Numbered from the stretch's first letter, positions 19,963-29,932 are shown. The stretch is 64,000 nt of DNA from Minisyncoccota bacterium (GCA_032117235.1 JAULZW010000001.1:10762-74761), one strand, 5' to 3'. The notes: a model not told the origin generated them from the letters alone. Numbers and translations are program-made.

Positions 19963-20562
19963 ATGTATAGTCGTAAGAAAGTTAAAATTTGTAGAAAATT
20001 TGGGGAGCGAATCTTTCCAGAAGTTAAAATTACTGATGAAAAGTTAGCCAAAGCTCCTGGAGTTCATGGTGCAAAGAGGCGTAGATCAGCCTCTGAATTT
20101 GGAAAGCAGTTGCAAGAAAAGCAAAAAGTTAAGTATGTATATGGACTTCGTGAAAAGCAATTTAGAAGATTTTATGAAAAAGCTTTAGCTGATTCTGAGC
20201 CTACTCCAACTGCTTTGTTAAGGATTTTAGAAACAAGACTAGATAATGCTGTGTATAGAGCTAATATGGCATATACCAGAGAACAGGCTAGACAAATGAT
20301 TTCTCACGGACATATTTTAGTTAATGGTAAAAAAGTCACTATTCCTAGCTTTATTGTTAAGCCTGGATATGTTATTACATATTCATCTACTAAATCAAAA
20401 TTGGTTGCTGAATATAAAGACAAGTTAAAAGATTCAGATCTTCCGTCTTGGTTGACACTAGATAAAAAAAGTCAAACTGTCGAAGTCGCACATACCCCTG
20501 GAGTAGAAGAGTTGAGTCAAAACTTTGATATTGCCCTAGTGATTCAGTATTATTCACGATAA
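19963..20562 (+). CDS. rpsD: 30S ribosomal protein S4.
   Basis: [17 protein letters not shown]...[15 protein letters not shown]. Confidence 0.95.
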   Translation: MYSRKKVKICRKFGERIFPEVKITDEKLAKAPGVHGAKRRRSASEFGKQLQEKQKVKYVYGLREKQFRRFYEKALADSEPTPTALLRILETRLDNAVYRANMAYTREQARQMISHGHILVNGKKVTIPSFIVKPGYVITYSSTKSKLVAEYKDKLKDSDLPSWLTLDKKSQTVEVAHTPGVEELSQNFDIALVIQYYSR

Positions 20563-20580
20563 TAATAATCAAATAATCTT

Positions 20581-21510
20581 ATGTCTAATCATATTATCCT
20601 TGCAAAAGCACCTGTACTAGTACAAGAAATTAGCCCCTCTCAGGCCTTATATGCTATTGAACCGCTTAATCCTGGTTATGGAGTTACAATTGCTAATTCA
20701 TTAAGACGAGTTATGTTGTCTTCATTAGAAGGGGTTGCAGTCACCAGATACAGTATTAAAGGCGTAAGTCATGAATTTACTACCATTCCTAATGTTGTAG
20801 AAGATATTTTAGACATTACGCTTAATATTAAAGCTTTAAGATTCGACGCTGTTATAGATTCACCAACCCTTATAACTTTAAAGGCACAGGGTTCTAAAGT
20901 TGTAACTGGAGCAGATTTAAAGTTGCCCGGAGGAGTAACTGTAGTTAATCCTGAGACACCTATTCTAACTTTGACCAGTAAAGATGCTAATATTGAAATG
21001 GAATTAATAATCGAAAATGGATTTGGGTTTAGAAAAGATATAGATCAAAACATACAAGGAGAAGTCGGAATAATTGCTGTAGACTCAATCTTTACTCCAG
21101 TAATTAGAGTTTCTTATGATGTAGAGGATACTAGAGTTGGAGATAAAACCAACTATAATAGAGTAGTATTTAATATTAAAACTGATGGTACAATTACTCC
21201 ATTAGAAGTAATTCAAAAATCTGCTGCTATTTTGGTAGAGCAGTTTAATGCTTTAACTTCTTCTGGCGCCAAGATAGAAGAAGTTAAAGAAGAAAAAGTA
21301 GTTCCAGACATTGAAACTTCAAGTATTAAAATTTCAACTCTTGATTTATCTCAAAGAACCATTAAAGCTTTAGAGACTTCTGGAATTAAGAATATTGCTC
21401 AATTAGCTCAGTTTACCAAAGAAGACTTATTATCAATCAATGGAGTTTCAGCTAATGCTTTAAAAAAACTAGCAGACCAAATAGCGAAATATGATATTAC
21501 TATTGCATAA
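20581..21510 (+). CDS. rpoA: DNA-directed RNA polymerase alpha subunit.
   Basis: 309 aa. N-terminal dimerisation domain EPLNPGYGVTIANSLRRVMLSSLEG and a C-terminal alpha-CTD. Confidence 0.95.
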   Translation: MSNHIILAKAPVLVQEISPSQALYAIEPLNPGYGVTIANSLRRVMLSSLEGVAVTRYSIKGVSHEFTTIPNVVEDILDITLNIKALRFDAVIDSPTLITLKAQGSKVVTGADLKLPGGVTVVNPETPILTLTSKDANIEMELIIENGFGFRKDIDQNIQGEVGIIAVDSIFTPVIRVSYDVEDTRVGDKTNYNRVVFNIKTDGTITPLEVIQKSAAILVEQFNALTSSGAKIEEVKEEKVVPDIETSSIKISTLDLSQRTIKALETSGIKNIAQLAQFTKEDLLSINGVSANALKKLADQIAKYDITIA

Positions 21511-21558
21511 ATACGAAAAATAAGGTACAATGCAAAACATTAACAGGATCACACGATT

Positions 21559-21909
21559 ATGAATAAGGGAAATAAGTTACATAAGATTGGAAGAAATAGA
21601 GAGCAAAGAAAAGCACTTCTGCGTACTTTATCTAATGATTTGATTACTCGTGGAGCTATTACTACCACAGAAGCAAAAGCAAAAGCTTTAAAGGTATTTG
21701 TAGAAAGAATGGTTACCCATGCCAAAAAAGGTTCTTTAGCTTCTAGGCGATATGTTCTTAGATTTTTGACTCAAGGAGCTACACATAAATTATTTGATGA
21801 AATTGCACCCAATTATGCAGATAGAGTGGGTGGGTATACCAGAATTATTAAGGCTCCTATTAGAAAAAGTGATGTCAGTAAAATGTCTATCATTGAATTA
21901 GTTAAGTAA
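21559..21909 (+). CDS. rplQ: 50S ribosomal protein L17.
   Basis: HKIGRNREQRKALLRTLSNDLITRGAITTTEAKAKAL. Confidence 0.95.
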   Translation: MNKGNKLHKIGRNREQRKALLRTLSNDLITRGAITTTEAKAKALKVFVERMVTHAKKGSLASRRYVLRFLTQGATHKLFDEIAPNYADRVGGYTRIIKAPIRKSDVSKMSIIELVK

Positions 21910-21915
21910 TATAAT

Positions 21916-22281
21916 ATGCAGAGAGAAATTATTACCATTGATGCAGATAATAAAAGATTAGGAAATCTAGCTACTGAAGTAGCAACTCTTTTAATGGGTA
22001 AAAACTCAGCTAATTTTGAATATCATGTGGATGGAGGAGCTAAAGTTATTGTCTATAATACCAATAAATTATCTATTCATCCTAACAAGATCGCTTCTAA
22101 GACATACTATAGACATACAGGTTATCCTGGTGGAATTAAATCAATTACTGCTGATAAGCAAATGGCAAAAGACTCAACTGAAGTTTTGAGGAAGGCTGTA
22201 TATGGTATGCTTCCCAAAAACAGACTAAGAGCTAAAATGTTAGCTAGACTTGTATTACATAAGAATGATATAACTAAATAA
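21916..22281 (+). CDS. rplM: 50S ribosomal protein L13.
   Basis: IDADNKRLGNLATEVATLLMGK...YYRHTGYPGGIKSI...AVYGMLPKNRL. Confidence 0.93.
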   Translation: MQREIITIDADNKRLGNLATEVATLLMGKNSANFEYHVDGGAKVIVYNTNKLSIHPNKIASKTYYRHTGYPGGIKSITADKQMAKDSTEVLRKAVYGMLPKNRLRAKMLARLVLHKNDITK

Positions 22282-22284
22282 TTT

Positions 22285-22704
22285 ATGGCCACAACTACTA
22301 CAACCAAAGCAAAGTATTATTATGAAGGAGTAGGACGAAGAAAAGCTGCTACCGCTAGGGTTAGAGTAACTTTATCTCGTAAAAAAGAGCACAGCATTAT
22401 AGTAAATGATAAATCTCTACAGGAATACTTTGACTTAACTGATCATCAAAACAATGTAGCTAAACCTTTATCTGTATTGGGTGTAGAAAATTTTGATATT
22501 ACTGTAAAAGTAACTGGAGGCGGTGTGAACGGACAAGCTGATGCTATACAATTAGGTCTATCTAGAGCACTGGTTAAATATGATGAAACTTTAAAAAAAC
22601 AACTTAAAGATAATAATTATCTAACTCGTGACCCTAGAGTTAAAGAAAGAAAGAAACCAGGACTTAAAAAAGCAAGAAAGTCTCCACAGTGGGCAAAACG
22701 ATAA
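22285..22704 (+). CDS. rpsI: 30S ribosomal protein S9.
   Basis: GVGRRKAATARVRV...GGGVNGQADAIQLGLSRAL...KKARKSPQWAKR. Confidence 0.95.
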   Translation: MATTTTTKAKYYYEGVGRRKAATARVRVTLSRKKEHSIIVNDKSLQEYFDLTDHQNNVAKPLSVLGVENFDITVKVTGGGVNGQADAIQLGLSRALVKYDETLKKQLKDNNYLTRDPRVKERKKPGLKKARKSPQWAKR

Positions 22705-22711
22705 ATTGTAA

Positions 22712-22740
22712 TAAAAAAGAGGTTTTACCCTCTTTTTTAT
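22712..22740. terminator. Bidirectional intrinsic terminator between rpsI and the convergent gene.
   Basis: AAAAAGAGG-TTTTAC-CCTCTTTTTT, with an A-tract on one side and a T-tract on the other. Confidence 0.7.
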
Positions 22741-22763
22741 TTTGATGTAATTTTTATTTGTTT

Positions 22764-24209
22764 CTAATTGTTAAAATTAATCAAGGGAGTTCTAATTGGA
22801 AATTGGAAGTATTGTAATTTATCTTCTGCGTTGCTAATTAGAGTTCTAGCGTCATTATTAATTCTAATTGAAATAAAGTTTTGGGTATTATCTAGTAAGG
22901 GATAGATATTAATGTTACTACGAGTATCAGATTCTACTACTTTAAGGTTATTATTCTCAATAAATATTATATATTCAGAATTAGGTTCCCAGAATTCTGA
23001 TTTAGATATTTTATCTTCAGAAGTGTATAGAATATCAAAATCTCCTTCAATTCTAGATTTATATCCCTCAATCGTGTCTAGATATAGATTTGAAATGGTA
23101 TTTTCACCCTTTAGAAGTGCTTTTCTAGAATCTATACTAAATTGTATGTCTTTTATCTCAAGGTCTGAAATTTGATTGAATTCTGGAGTTTGAGCTCCGA
23201 GAGCTTTAAGCCAAGCTTTTTGCTTGTCGTCTATAAGTATAATATGTCCTTGATTAGGGCTTACAAAAATTTTACTTATATTAATGCCAGGTATATCTAT
23301 AGCATTACTTTGTTTAGTATCTACATTGAATATACGAACCAGATTTTTGGAGATATCTTTATTAGAAGTATAATAAAGAGCATTATTTATGAAAGTATAT
23401 TTATCAATACTCCCTACAAGGGGTTCGGATATAGTACTGAATTGTTGTTTAATCTCATACAATAATCCAGATTGTGTGAAAAATAGTCTGTCTGTATCTA
23501 AACTTACAATCTTAACTGGATTTGCTACTGTGTCAGCAACAGGGATGAGATTGGTAATATTAAATAGTGTAGGATTAGTGTCAACATTAATTACTACAAA
23601 GTATTGGAAAATATTATTAAGGGAGGTTTTAAAGCTAAGTGTTTTACCTGTAGTATCCCAAACAAAGTCTGAGTAATCTTGATTTTCTACGCCTCCCAAG
23701 TTTATACTGTCAGTAATTCTTTTACGGAGCTTTGTGTCCAAATTAAGTAGCCAAAGACCAGATTCCTTAGGAATGTAAGAAGTATAAAGAACAGATCCTG
23801 CATCAGGAACTCTGCTTATATTGCTAGCTGATGATATATCTGTAAAATTCTCTAACTTAGGTTTTTCTGGGAATAGAGTTACTTCACTTATTAACTGAAC
23901 TAAAGAAGGTTGTATAGATATTTTCTTAGACCATGACTGATATCCTGGAATAGATAATACAACATTTAAATCTTGTGGAGCTAATCCGACTTTGAGTAAA
24001 GGGCTTTTAGATTCAAATTTATCATTAATGTTAATTTCATAAGCTATTCTGGTGTTAATTCTGATTCCGCCAGTGCTTGTTAAAATTGAACCATCATCGC
24101 TATCTTTGCTTAAACGATATCCCATACTATATAGTACAAGAGCTGGAGCTATTATAAAGAATAATAAGATAAGAGTCCAAGCAAATATTTTTTGTATATT
24201 TCTATTCAT
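22764..24209 (-). CDS. Hypothetical N-terminally membrane-anchored protein with a large extracytoplasmic domain.
   Basis: 481 aa. One N-terminal transmembrane helix (FAWTLILLFFIIAPALVLY). No recognisable family. Confidence 0.5.
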   Translation of the reverse strand: MNRNIQKIFAWTLILLFFIIAPALVLYSMGYRLSKDSDDGSILTSTGGIRINTRIAYEININDKFESKSPLLKVGLAPQDLNVVLSIPGYQSWSKKISIQPSLVQLISEVTLFPEKPKLENFTDISSASNISRVPDAGSVLYTSYIPKESGLWLLNLDTKLRKRITDSINLGGVENQDYSDFVWDTTGKTLSFKTSLNNIFQYFVVINVDTNPTLFNITNLIPVADTVANPVKIVSLDTDRLFFTQSGLLYEIKQQFSTISEPLVGSIDKYTFINNALYYTSNKDISKNLVRIFNVDTKQSNAIDIPGINISKIFVSPNQGHIILIDDKQKAWLKALGAQTPEFNQISDLEIKDIQFSIDSRKALLKGENTISNLYLDTIEGYKSRIEGDFDILYTSEDKISKSEFWEPNSEYIIFIENNNLKVVESDTRSNINIYPLLDNTQNFISIRINNDARTLISNAEDKLQYFQFPIRTPLINFNN

Positions 24210-24218
24210 ATATTTATG

Positions 24219-24632
24219 TTAAATTTCATCTAAAGCTTTATTGGCTAGAGCATCTGCTTGCTTATTGAATTCTCTCCGAATATGAATAAAATCTACTGAT
24301 GCAAATTTAATTCTCAGATTCCAAATTTTTATAAAAGCTTTTTGAATAGCCTCGTCTTTTAGCTCATAAATACCTGTCAATTGTTTTTGAGCCAACTCTG
24401 AGTCAAGATATAGCTCTATAAAGTATTTTTTGGAATTGGTTTTCCCAACTAAAGATTTAGCTTTTTCTAGAGCTACAATAATGGCCTGATATTCAGCATA
24501 ATTATTGGTAGCAATACCAAGAGATTGATGATAAGTTTTAACTTCTCCATCTGGTAATTCTATTACAACTCCTATAGAAGCTGGTCCAGGATTTCCTCTA
24601 GAAGCTCCATCTGTATGTATTTTGATTGTCAT
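24219..24632 (-). CDS. rnhA: Ribonuclease HI.
   Basis: MTIKIHTDGASRGNPGPASIGVVIE...NNYAEYQAIIVALE matches the RNase H type-1 catalytic motifs. Confidence 0.9.
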   Translation of the reverse strand: MTIKIHTDGASRGNPGPASIGVVIELPDGEVKTYHQSLGIATNNYAEYQAIIVALEKAKSLVGKTNSKKYFIELYLDSELAQKQLTGIYELKDEAIQKAFIKIWNLRIKFASVDFIHIRREFNKQADALANKALDEI

Positions 24633-24720
24633 ATAAAATATAGATTAAGATAATTATAACATATATTTTATTTTTTTGTATAGGAAGTATCTCTAAAATA
24701 TTTATTTCTAAATAAAAATG

Positions 24721-24793
24721 TGGGTGCAGGTGGGCTCGAACCACCGACCAAAGGCTTAAAAGGCCTCTGCTCTACCAACTGAGCTATGCACCC
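24721..24793 (-). tRNA. tRNA-Lys, anticodon TTT. The 3' CCA is not encoded.
   Basis: Manual fold of the reverse complement. Acceptor GGGTGCA/TGCACCC, anticodon stem-loop GAGGC-CTTTTAA-GCCTT, T-arm GGTGG-TTCGAGC-CCACC, discriminator A. The next bases are CAT rather than CCA. Confidence 0.85.
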
Positions 24794-24868
24794 ATAAAAA
24801 TTAAACACTAACATATTATACACAAAATAAAATATTTTGCAAATATATTATTTTAAACTATGTCTTTA

Positions 24869-26728
24869 TTACCAGCTTCCGCCACCTCCTCCGCCACCGC
24901 CTCCACCAGATGATCCACTGCCAGATGAGCCGCTACTACTATCACTAGTGTTGGGCGATGACATTAGAGAAGATGTTGCGAAGTAACTAAAATTGTTCAT
25001 TGATTGGCTTAGAGTAATTGTGCTAAAAGTTGTTCTAGAGTTTCCTGAATACCAAGTCGGAGGCATTGTATATATTTCTTTAAATTCTTTTGCCCAAATA
25101 TCGGCAACTCCTAAAACCATTGCATAGGGTAAAAGTTTTTCAAAAACCTCCGGCTTTTTTTCTGGGGCATTGTGAAATTTAATACGGTTCTTTTCAGCGA
25201 CCTGTAGATATTCTTTAAGACCAAGAATATACTCTTTTGTTATGGCTCCTTTTTTTGTTTTTGAAGAACTAAAGTTATATATTAGATTATAGATTATAAT
25301 TGAAAAGAATATTCCTACTATCAATGGGAACGGGTTGTCTTTAAAAAGTAAAAATCCTAAAATACCACCAATAAATAAAGAAGCAAATACTGATATCACA
25401 ATCATTGAAAATATATCCAAACCATTTTTTATTTGTCCTAAATTTCTGTAATAACCTTTGTTTAGGAGTGAATCTAGAACTGAAGTCACTATAGTTTCCA
25501 CATTTCGGTAGAATACATCTTTCAAACTAGAAAGTTTTATAGATTGATATTGACTAATAGGATGAGTTTCAACAACAGGGTTACGACCTTGAAATATAGC
25601 CTTTAAGTTAAGGGATGTTGTATTAGGTTGAGTATTAAATAAACTATTCAACAGCTTTTGATCAAAATCGTTTGGAAGAGTAGAGAAATCTTTTAGTCTT
25701 GTAAGTTCGAAGTCAGTGAATTTTATTAATCCAACAAATCGCTCTTCCATTTGGTGAATTTTAAGATATCCTTTAGTTGCAAGATAAATTATCTCAGCAG
25801 AAATATCACTATTATCTAACTTCTCTTTAGCAATAGTACCAACTTCTATAGGTGTGAGATTATCAGGAGCATCATATTGGGGCACTATTATACCTGTACC
25901 ACGCTCATCACGCCCTTTTTTATGCCAATTTAATAAAGAAAATATGAGAGTTAATATTGGCAAGGTTCCAGCAATCAACCAACGCCAATATTTGTCAAAA
26001 AAATTAGACTCTGAATATTGAGACACAACAGTAATATCTTCCTGAAAATTAGACTCTGAATATTGAGACACAACTCCTTTTGGAAAACCTACAGCAACAG
26101 TAATACCTTCCTGTGGATTAAGAACAGCTGTAGTATTGAATGAATAAATGTTTTCATAGTAGGATGTCTGGCATTTGTCTTTACTTCCTTTAAGGCCATA
26201 ATAACATTCTGATTGAATCACATTAACCCCATAAGGTAATCTTACTGAAGCTTTTGCTTGGTATATAGGAAGATTCCATTCATCACCAGTCACATTCCAA
26301 TATATCTCATCTAAGTCTTTAAGCTGAGCAATTGCATTTGTCGCTTTGTATTTTATAATATAAACTTTTTGCCCAAGAAATGCTATATCTGGATTTCCAA
26401 TTTTTATCTTGATACTATCTTTAGAATCAGAAGTTTCAAATTCATAAGGATCACCTTTCTCATCTTTTACGGTAATATTTTCAATAGACATTCTTCTTTC
26501 TTGAGAAGAAATAGTAGCTATATCTCGATAAATACCACGACGTTTCTCAGGACCTGTATTATATGTGATTTGCTCTGTTACATCTATAGAATTATCTATA
26601 TTTACAACAATGTCGGATATATAAGAGATAATAGACTCTTCAGGAACAACATTTTGTGCTACTACACTATTAAAGTTAAGCCCTAAGGTCAAAATATAAG
26701 TTAATAGTAACAAATAAATTTTCCCCAT
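24869..26728 (-). CDS. Secreted or membrane protein (DUF2207-like?) with a C-terminal Ser/Gly-rich tail ending in poly-Gly-SW.
   Basis: 619 aa with an N-terminal signal peptide, two internal transmembrane segments, and a C-terminus ...SSGSSGSGSSGGGGGGGGGGSW. The DUF2207 assignment is from memory of that family's architecture and is uncertain. Confidence 0.5.
   Translation of the reverse strand: MGKIYLLLLTYILTLGLNFNSVVAQNVVPEESIISYISDIVVNIDNSIDVTEQITYNTGPEKRRGIYRDIATISSQERRMSIENITVKDEKGDPYEFETSDSKDSIKIKIGNPDIAFLGQKVYIIKYKATNAIAQLKDLDEIYWNVTGDEWNLPIYQAKASVRLPYGVNVIQSECYYGLKGSKDKCQTSYYENIYSFNTTAVLNPQEGITVAVGFPKGVVSQYSESNFQEDITVVSQYSESNFFDKYWRWLIAGTLPILTLIFSLLNWHKKGRDERGTGIIVPQYDAPDNLTPIEVGTIAKEKLDNSDISAEIIYLATKGYLKIHQMEERFVGLIKFTDFELTRLKDFSTLPNDFDQKLLNSLFNTQPNTTSLNLKAIFQGRNPVVETHPISQYQSIKLSSLKDVFYRNVETIVTSVLDSLLNKGYYRNLGQIKNGLDIFSMIVISVFASLFIGGILGFLLFKDNPFPLIVGIFFSIIIYNLIYNFSSSKTKKGAITKEYILGLKEYLQVAEKNRIKFHNAPEKKPEVFEKLLPYAMVLGVADIWAKEFKEIYTMPPTWYSGNSRTTFSTITLSQSMNNFSYFATSSLMSSPNTSDSSSGSSGSGSSGGGGGGGGGGSW
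26000..26074. repeat. In-frame 45-bp tandem duplication inside the CDS (two exact 30-bp copies).
   Basis: aaaattagactctgaatattgagacacaac occurs at 26000-26029 and again at 26045-26074. It encodes the repeated peptide VVSQYSESNF. Confidence 0.8.
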
Positions 26729-26856
26729 AAATTCTTAAGTGTTTATGAAAAAAATATTTTCCGCCTTAGCTTTTATCAATAATTTATTTATATTTACAGC
26801 TTTACTTAGTATATATACTAGAAGCATTATTTTATTTTTTATTTAATAATTATAGT

Positions 26857-26944
26857 TGGTGGGCAGAGTAGGACTCGCACCTACGTAGCCTGAAAAGGCG
26901 TCGGTTTTACAGACCGATGCGTTTGACTGCTCCGCCATCTGCCC
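26857..26944 (-). tRNA. tRNA-Tyr, anticodon GTA, class II. The CCA is encoded.
   Basis: The reverse complement GGGCAGATGGCGGAGCAGTC... folds with anticodon stem-loop TCGGT-CTGTAAA-ACCGA, a long variable arm, and T-arm GGTGC-GAGTCCT... ending in CCA. Confidence 0.88.
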
Positions 26945-26977
26945 CAATGTACATACATTATACCATAGATATTCCTA

Positions 26978-27053
26978 TGGAGCCGAAAAGAGGATTTGAA
27001 CCCCCGACCTACCGCTTACAAGGCGGTTGCTCTACCAGCTGAGCTATTTCGGC
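26978..27053 (-). tRNA. tRNA-Thr, anticodon TGT. The CCA is encoded.
   Basis: The reverse complement GCCGAAATAGCTCAGCTGGTAGAGCA... folds with anticodon stem-loop CCGC-CTTGTAA-GCGG, T-loop TTCAAAT, acceptor GCCGAAA/TTTCGGC, and discriminator T followed by CCA. Confidence 0.82.
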
Positions 27054-27210
27054 TATAAAATATAAAGTTACAATTGTATAATGCACTTTATCAAATATAT
27101 CACAATTTTAATTTTTTGTCTATTGTTTGTAATAGATGAGATGATCGTAGACAAATTGCAAAATAAAAAGTTAAAGGATGGAAGGAACACATAAAGTATT
27201 ATATAATTCA

Positions 27211-27458
27211 CTGTCCTCCTTTGGAGGAGGTGGCACGAAGTGCCGGTGGTGGATAATTAGTAATTTATACGTTAGATTTATGCTTGGATATCTTTTCAAT
27301 CTATACTCTGTCCACCCTCCCCCGTCGCAAATAGAATTTGCTCCTGTGAAACCTCACGGTTTCCCAACCTTCCTCCACGGGAAAACTCCCGTTTTCCAGA
27401 CCCCTTTCCCAAAGGCTAAAGCCTTTTTACGGGTACTCCCTCCAAAGGGAGACAAAAT
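27211..27458 (+). repeat. GC-rich structured repeat element, copy B (about 250 bp).
   Basis: Shares an identical 42-nt 5' module (CCTCCTTTGGAGGAGGTGGCACGAAGTGCCGGTGGTGGATAA) with copy A. A long near-identical core (CCACCCTCC..CGTCGCAAAT...CCTGTGAAACCTCACGGTTTCCCAACCTTCC..CACGGGAAAACT.CCGTTTTCC.GACCCCTTTCCCAAA) and the same 3' terminus (GGGAGACAAAAT) are also present. Confidence 0.6.
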
Positions 27459-27507
27459 AAATTTCAATTTTAAATTTTTGTCTATTGTTTGGGACATAAG
27501 AATCTAT

Positions 27508-28932
27508 CTAATTGTTAGGAGGTGGGGGAGTAGTCTCAGGAGTGGGAGTATCGAGTTTATCTATATACTCTAAATCATCATCTGATATTCCTAGTTGATC
27601 TAATATATAAATATGTCTACTGTTGCTAGGGTCGTATTTCCCAACAGAAAACCTCATCATTTCATCAGGATTATTTTTTATTACATCCCAAACCCCAATA
27701 TTTCCCTCTCTATATATCATATCCTTTGTAAAACAAACACCTGCAGTTTTACAATCAGTTCCTCTAAAAGTTCTAATACATCTATTCCAAGCATTATTTT
27801 TAGAACTAATACTGGCTTCTTCGGGTGATTTTTTTGCTCCAAGAGCTTTAAAATAAAAATATTTTTCTAATACCTCATAAGTTTCTCTAAAATCTCTTTT
27901 TTTACCATCTAACCCCATTGCTAAACTTATAGCTAAATGTCCTTCTAAGCCAGAAAAATCATTTACAGAAGATTTGAGAACTTGTTCTCTCATTGTAGCA
28001 ACCCCTTCCTCTCCTTGTTCATAACGATCTAAACCTAGACTCAATAATCTTAATTGAGTATTTTCACCATTAACTCTTCTAGCAACATGAGTCCCCACTT
28101 CATGTACGAGTAAAGATTGTAGCCTTGTTTTGGATGGAAGCACTCTAGATTCAGGTATAGTAACATTTTTCTGCTCCTGATTTGTACTAATTGATGTACT
28201 ATTATCTACTGTAATTACCTCCCAACCATCTGCATTTGACTCTCTTAATGCTTCTTCAAAAGCATTTCTTATAGAATTAGAATCATACTTACCATCTTCT
28301 AGGGGTATATTTAAAATACTATCAAATTCTTGTTTAGTTTTTACTCTTGCTAATTCTACAGTATCATCGGAAGGAGTAGATATATCTGGATTAGTGGTTT
28401 CAATATCCAATTCACCTAGTGTTTGCATTAATATCTCGGCAGATGCCTTAATGTCTGGATTATCAGAATTTAAAGCCTTACTTATTTTGTTATTTAGATT
28501 ATACATAGTATATTTAAAAACTTCATCTGAGGGTTTTCCATAAATATACTTAGAATATCTTTCAAATCTTCGCATATCTCCATTATGTGAAGATTTCATC
28601 ATTCTTAACTCTGCAATTTTTTCATTAATTTTCCAGCTATATACATTACGAACTATCTCATTAGTCTCCTGCTCTAAAATATCTTGTTTTAACTGCATTA
28701 AGCTAGACTCAATATTGTTAATTGTTTCTATATCTAGCAAAGGATAGTCTAAATCAGGATTTTCTATTTCTCCACTAAGGAAAGCTTCCTTTTGAGTGTT
28801 TCTAGCACCTGCTTCTCCATTGAAGTACTCATAAGCTTGAAAAGATCCAATTTCTTCAAATCTATTATACCAATTATCATCGAGAGATTCAGACTCGAGT
28901 TTTTGTGATGTTTGGTGTTCTAGATTTGTCAT
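27508..28932 (-). CDS. Putative Zn-metallopeptidase of the DUF1704 / QEGLA-motif family (HExxH).
   Basis: 474 aa containing LLVHEVGTHVARRVNGE (HExxH) followed by ...YEQGEEGVATMREQ (QEGLA-like). This family is known to sit beside RimK-like ATP-grasp ligases. Confidence 0.5.
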   Translation of the reverse strand: MTNLEHQTSQKLESESLDDNWYNRFEEIGSFQAYEYFNGEAGARNTQKEAFLSGEIENPDLDYPLLDIETINNIESSLMQLKQDILEQETNEIVRNVYSWKINEKIAELRMMKSSHNGDMRRFERYSKYIYGKPSDEVFKYTMYNLNNKISKALNSDNPDIKASAEILMQTLGELDIETTNPDISTPSDDTVELARVKTKQEFDSILNIPLEDGKYDSNSIRNAFEEALRESNADGWEVITVDNSTSISTNQEQKNVTIPESRVLPSKTRLQSLLVHEVGTHVARRVNGENTQLRLLSLGLDRYEQGEEGVATMREQVLKSSVNDFSGLEGHLAISLAMGLDGKKRDFRETYEVLEKYFYFKALGAKKSPEEASISSKNNAWNRCIRTFRGTDCKTAGVCFTKDMIYREGNIGVWDVIKNNPDEMMRFSVGKYDPSNSRHIYILDQLGISDDDLEYIDKLDTPTPETTPPPPNN

Positions 28933-28939
28933 AATACAT

Positions 28940-29932
28940 TTAATTTATACTATATAATTTCTTCATTCCAGATAATAGTATAAGTGCTAATATATTTCTA
29001 TGCTTGCAGAAGTTTAAATCTTCAAAGGATCCATGTTGGTAAAATCTTGAAGGGATATAGCCATATTGTTTGGAAAAATACTTGGAGACAATGTTTTGAT
29101 ATTTTTCTAAAGTTTCTTTTTTAGAATTCATATTTAACCCCCAACAGACTCCAATTTCTGCAATAATGTCTACCTCATTAGTTGAAAATATTTTTGCTTC
29201 CATATCTTCAAACTCCCCCCAAATCCAATCAAATGTATTGTTAGATATATGGTGATTATAAAATTGACTTTCCCCTATAATTATATGCGTTAGTGTGTAC
29301 AAATAATTAAGAAATACTATAGGATCTTCTATCTCACGATCAGTGTAATTGTCTTTAATTATTTTAAATAGTAATGTTTCATCTTCTTCTCTATAAGGAG
29401 AGTTGGGTAAAAATTTTGTTAGATATAAACTATTTACTATTTGTACAGGTGCAAATAGTACTGACTCTGAGCTATTTTCTATAAAAGATATTATTTTAGG
29501 GTATGTTTCGTGTATATAGTTTTGAGTTTGGGTATATATTGTTGGATTTAAATCTTTAATTAGGTTGATTCTATTTAAATATTCAAAGTCAGTAATAACT
29601 TTTTTAAATAAAATTAAATCATGTATCTTATCATTTTTATTGATATAAACATTTCTCTTTAGTTTTTTTGGTACTTGCTCAGATAGAGGATATAGTTTGG
29701 GGATTTCCTTACTAATGATTGATCTTGAAAAATTATGCTTTATGTAGTAATCTAAATTAGATATATTGGTCTCTACAGCATAATCTTTTAATATCTGTAG
29801 ATATTTATATTCACCATAAATTCTATATAAACGAAATAGAAGAAATATTTTCCCTGAGTTTGGTAACTTAGGAATAAGGGATAATAATGTTTTCTTAATA
29901 GTCTCGGCTTCAGTATGATATGCTTTTTTCAT
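28940..29932 (-). CDS. Hypothetical protein (ORFan) inside the ATP-grasp cluster.
   Basis: 330-aa ORF co-directional and tightly spaced with its neighbours. No recognisable motif. Confidence 0.5.
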   Translation of the reverse strand: MKKAYHTEAETIKKTLLSLIPKLPNSGKIFLLFRLYRIYGEYKYLQILKDYAVETNISNLDYYIKHNFSRSIISKEIPKLYPLSEQVPKKLKRNVYINKNDKIHDLILFKKVITDFEYLNRINLIKDLNPTIYTQTQNYIHETYPKIISFIENSSESVLFAPVQIVNSLYLTKFLPNSPYREEDETLLFKIIKDNYTDREIEDPIVFLNYLYTLTHIIIGESQFYNHHISNNTFDWIWGEFEDMEAKIFSTNEVDIIAEIGVCWGLNMNSKKETLEKYQNIVSKYFSKQYGYIPSRFYQHGSFEDLNFCKHRNILALILLSGMKKLYSIN

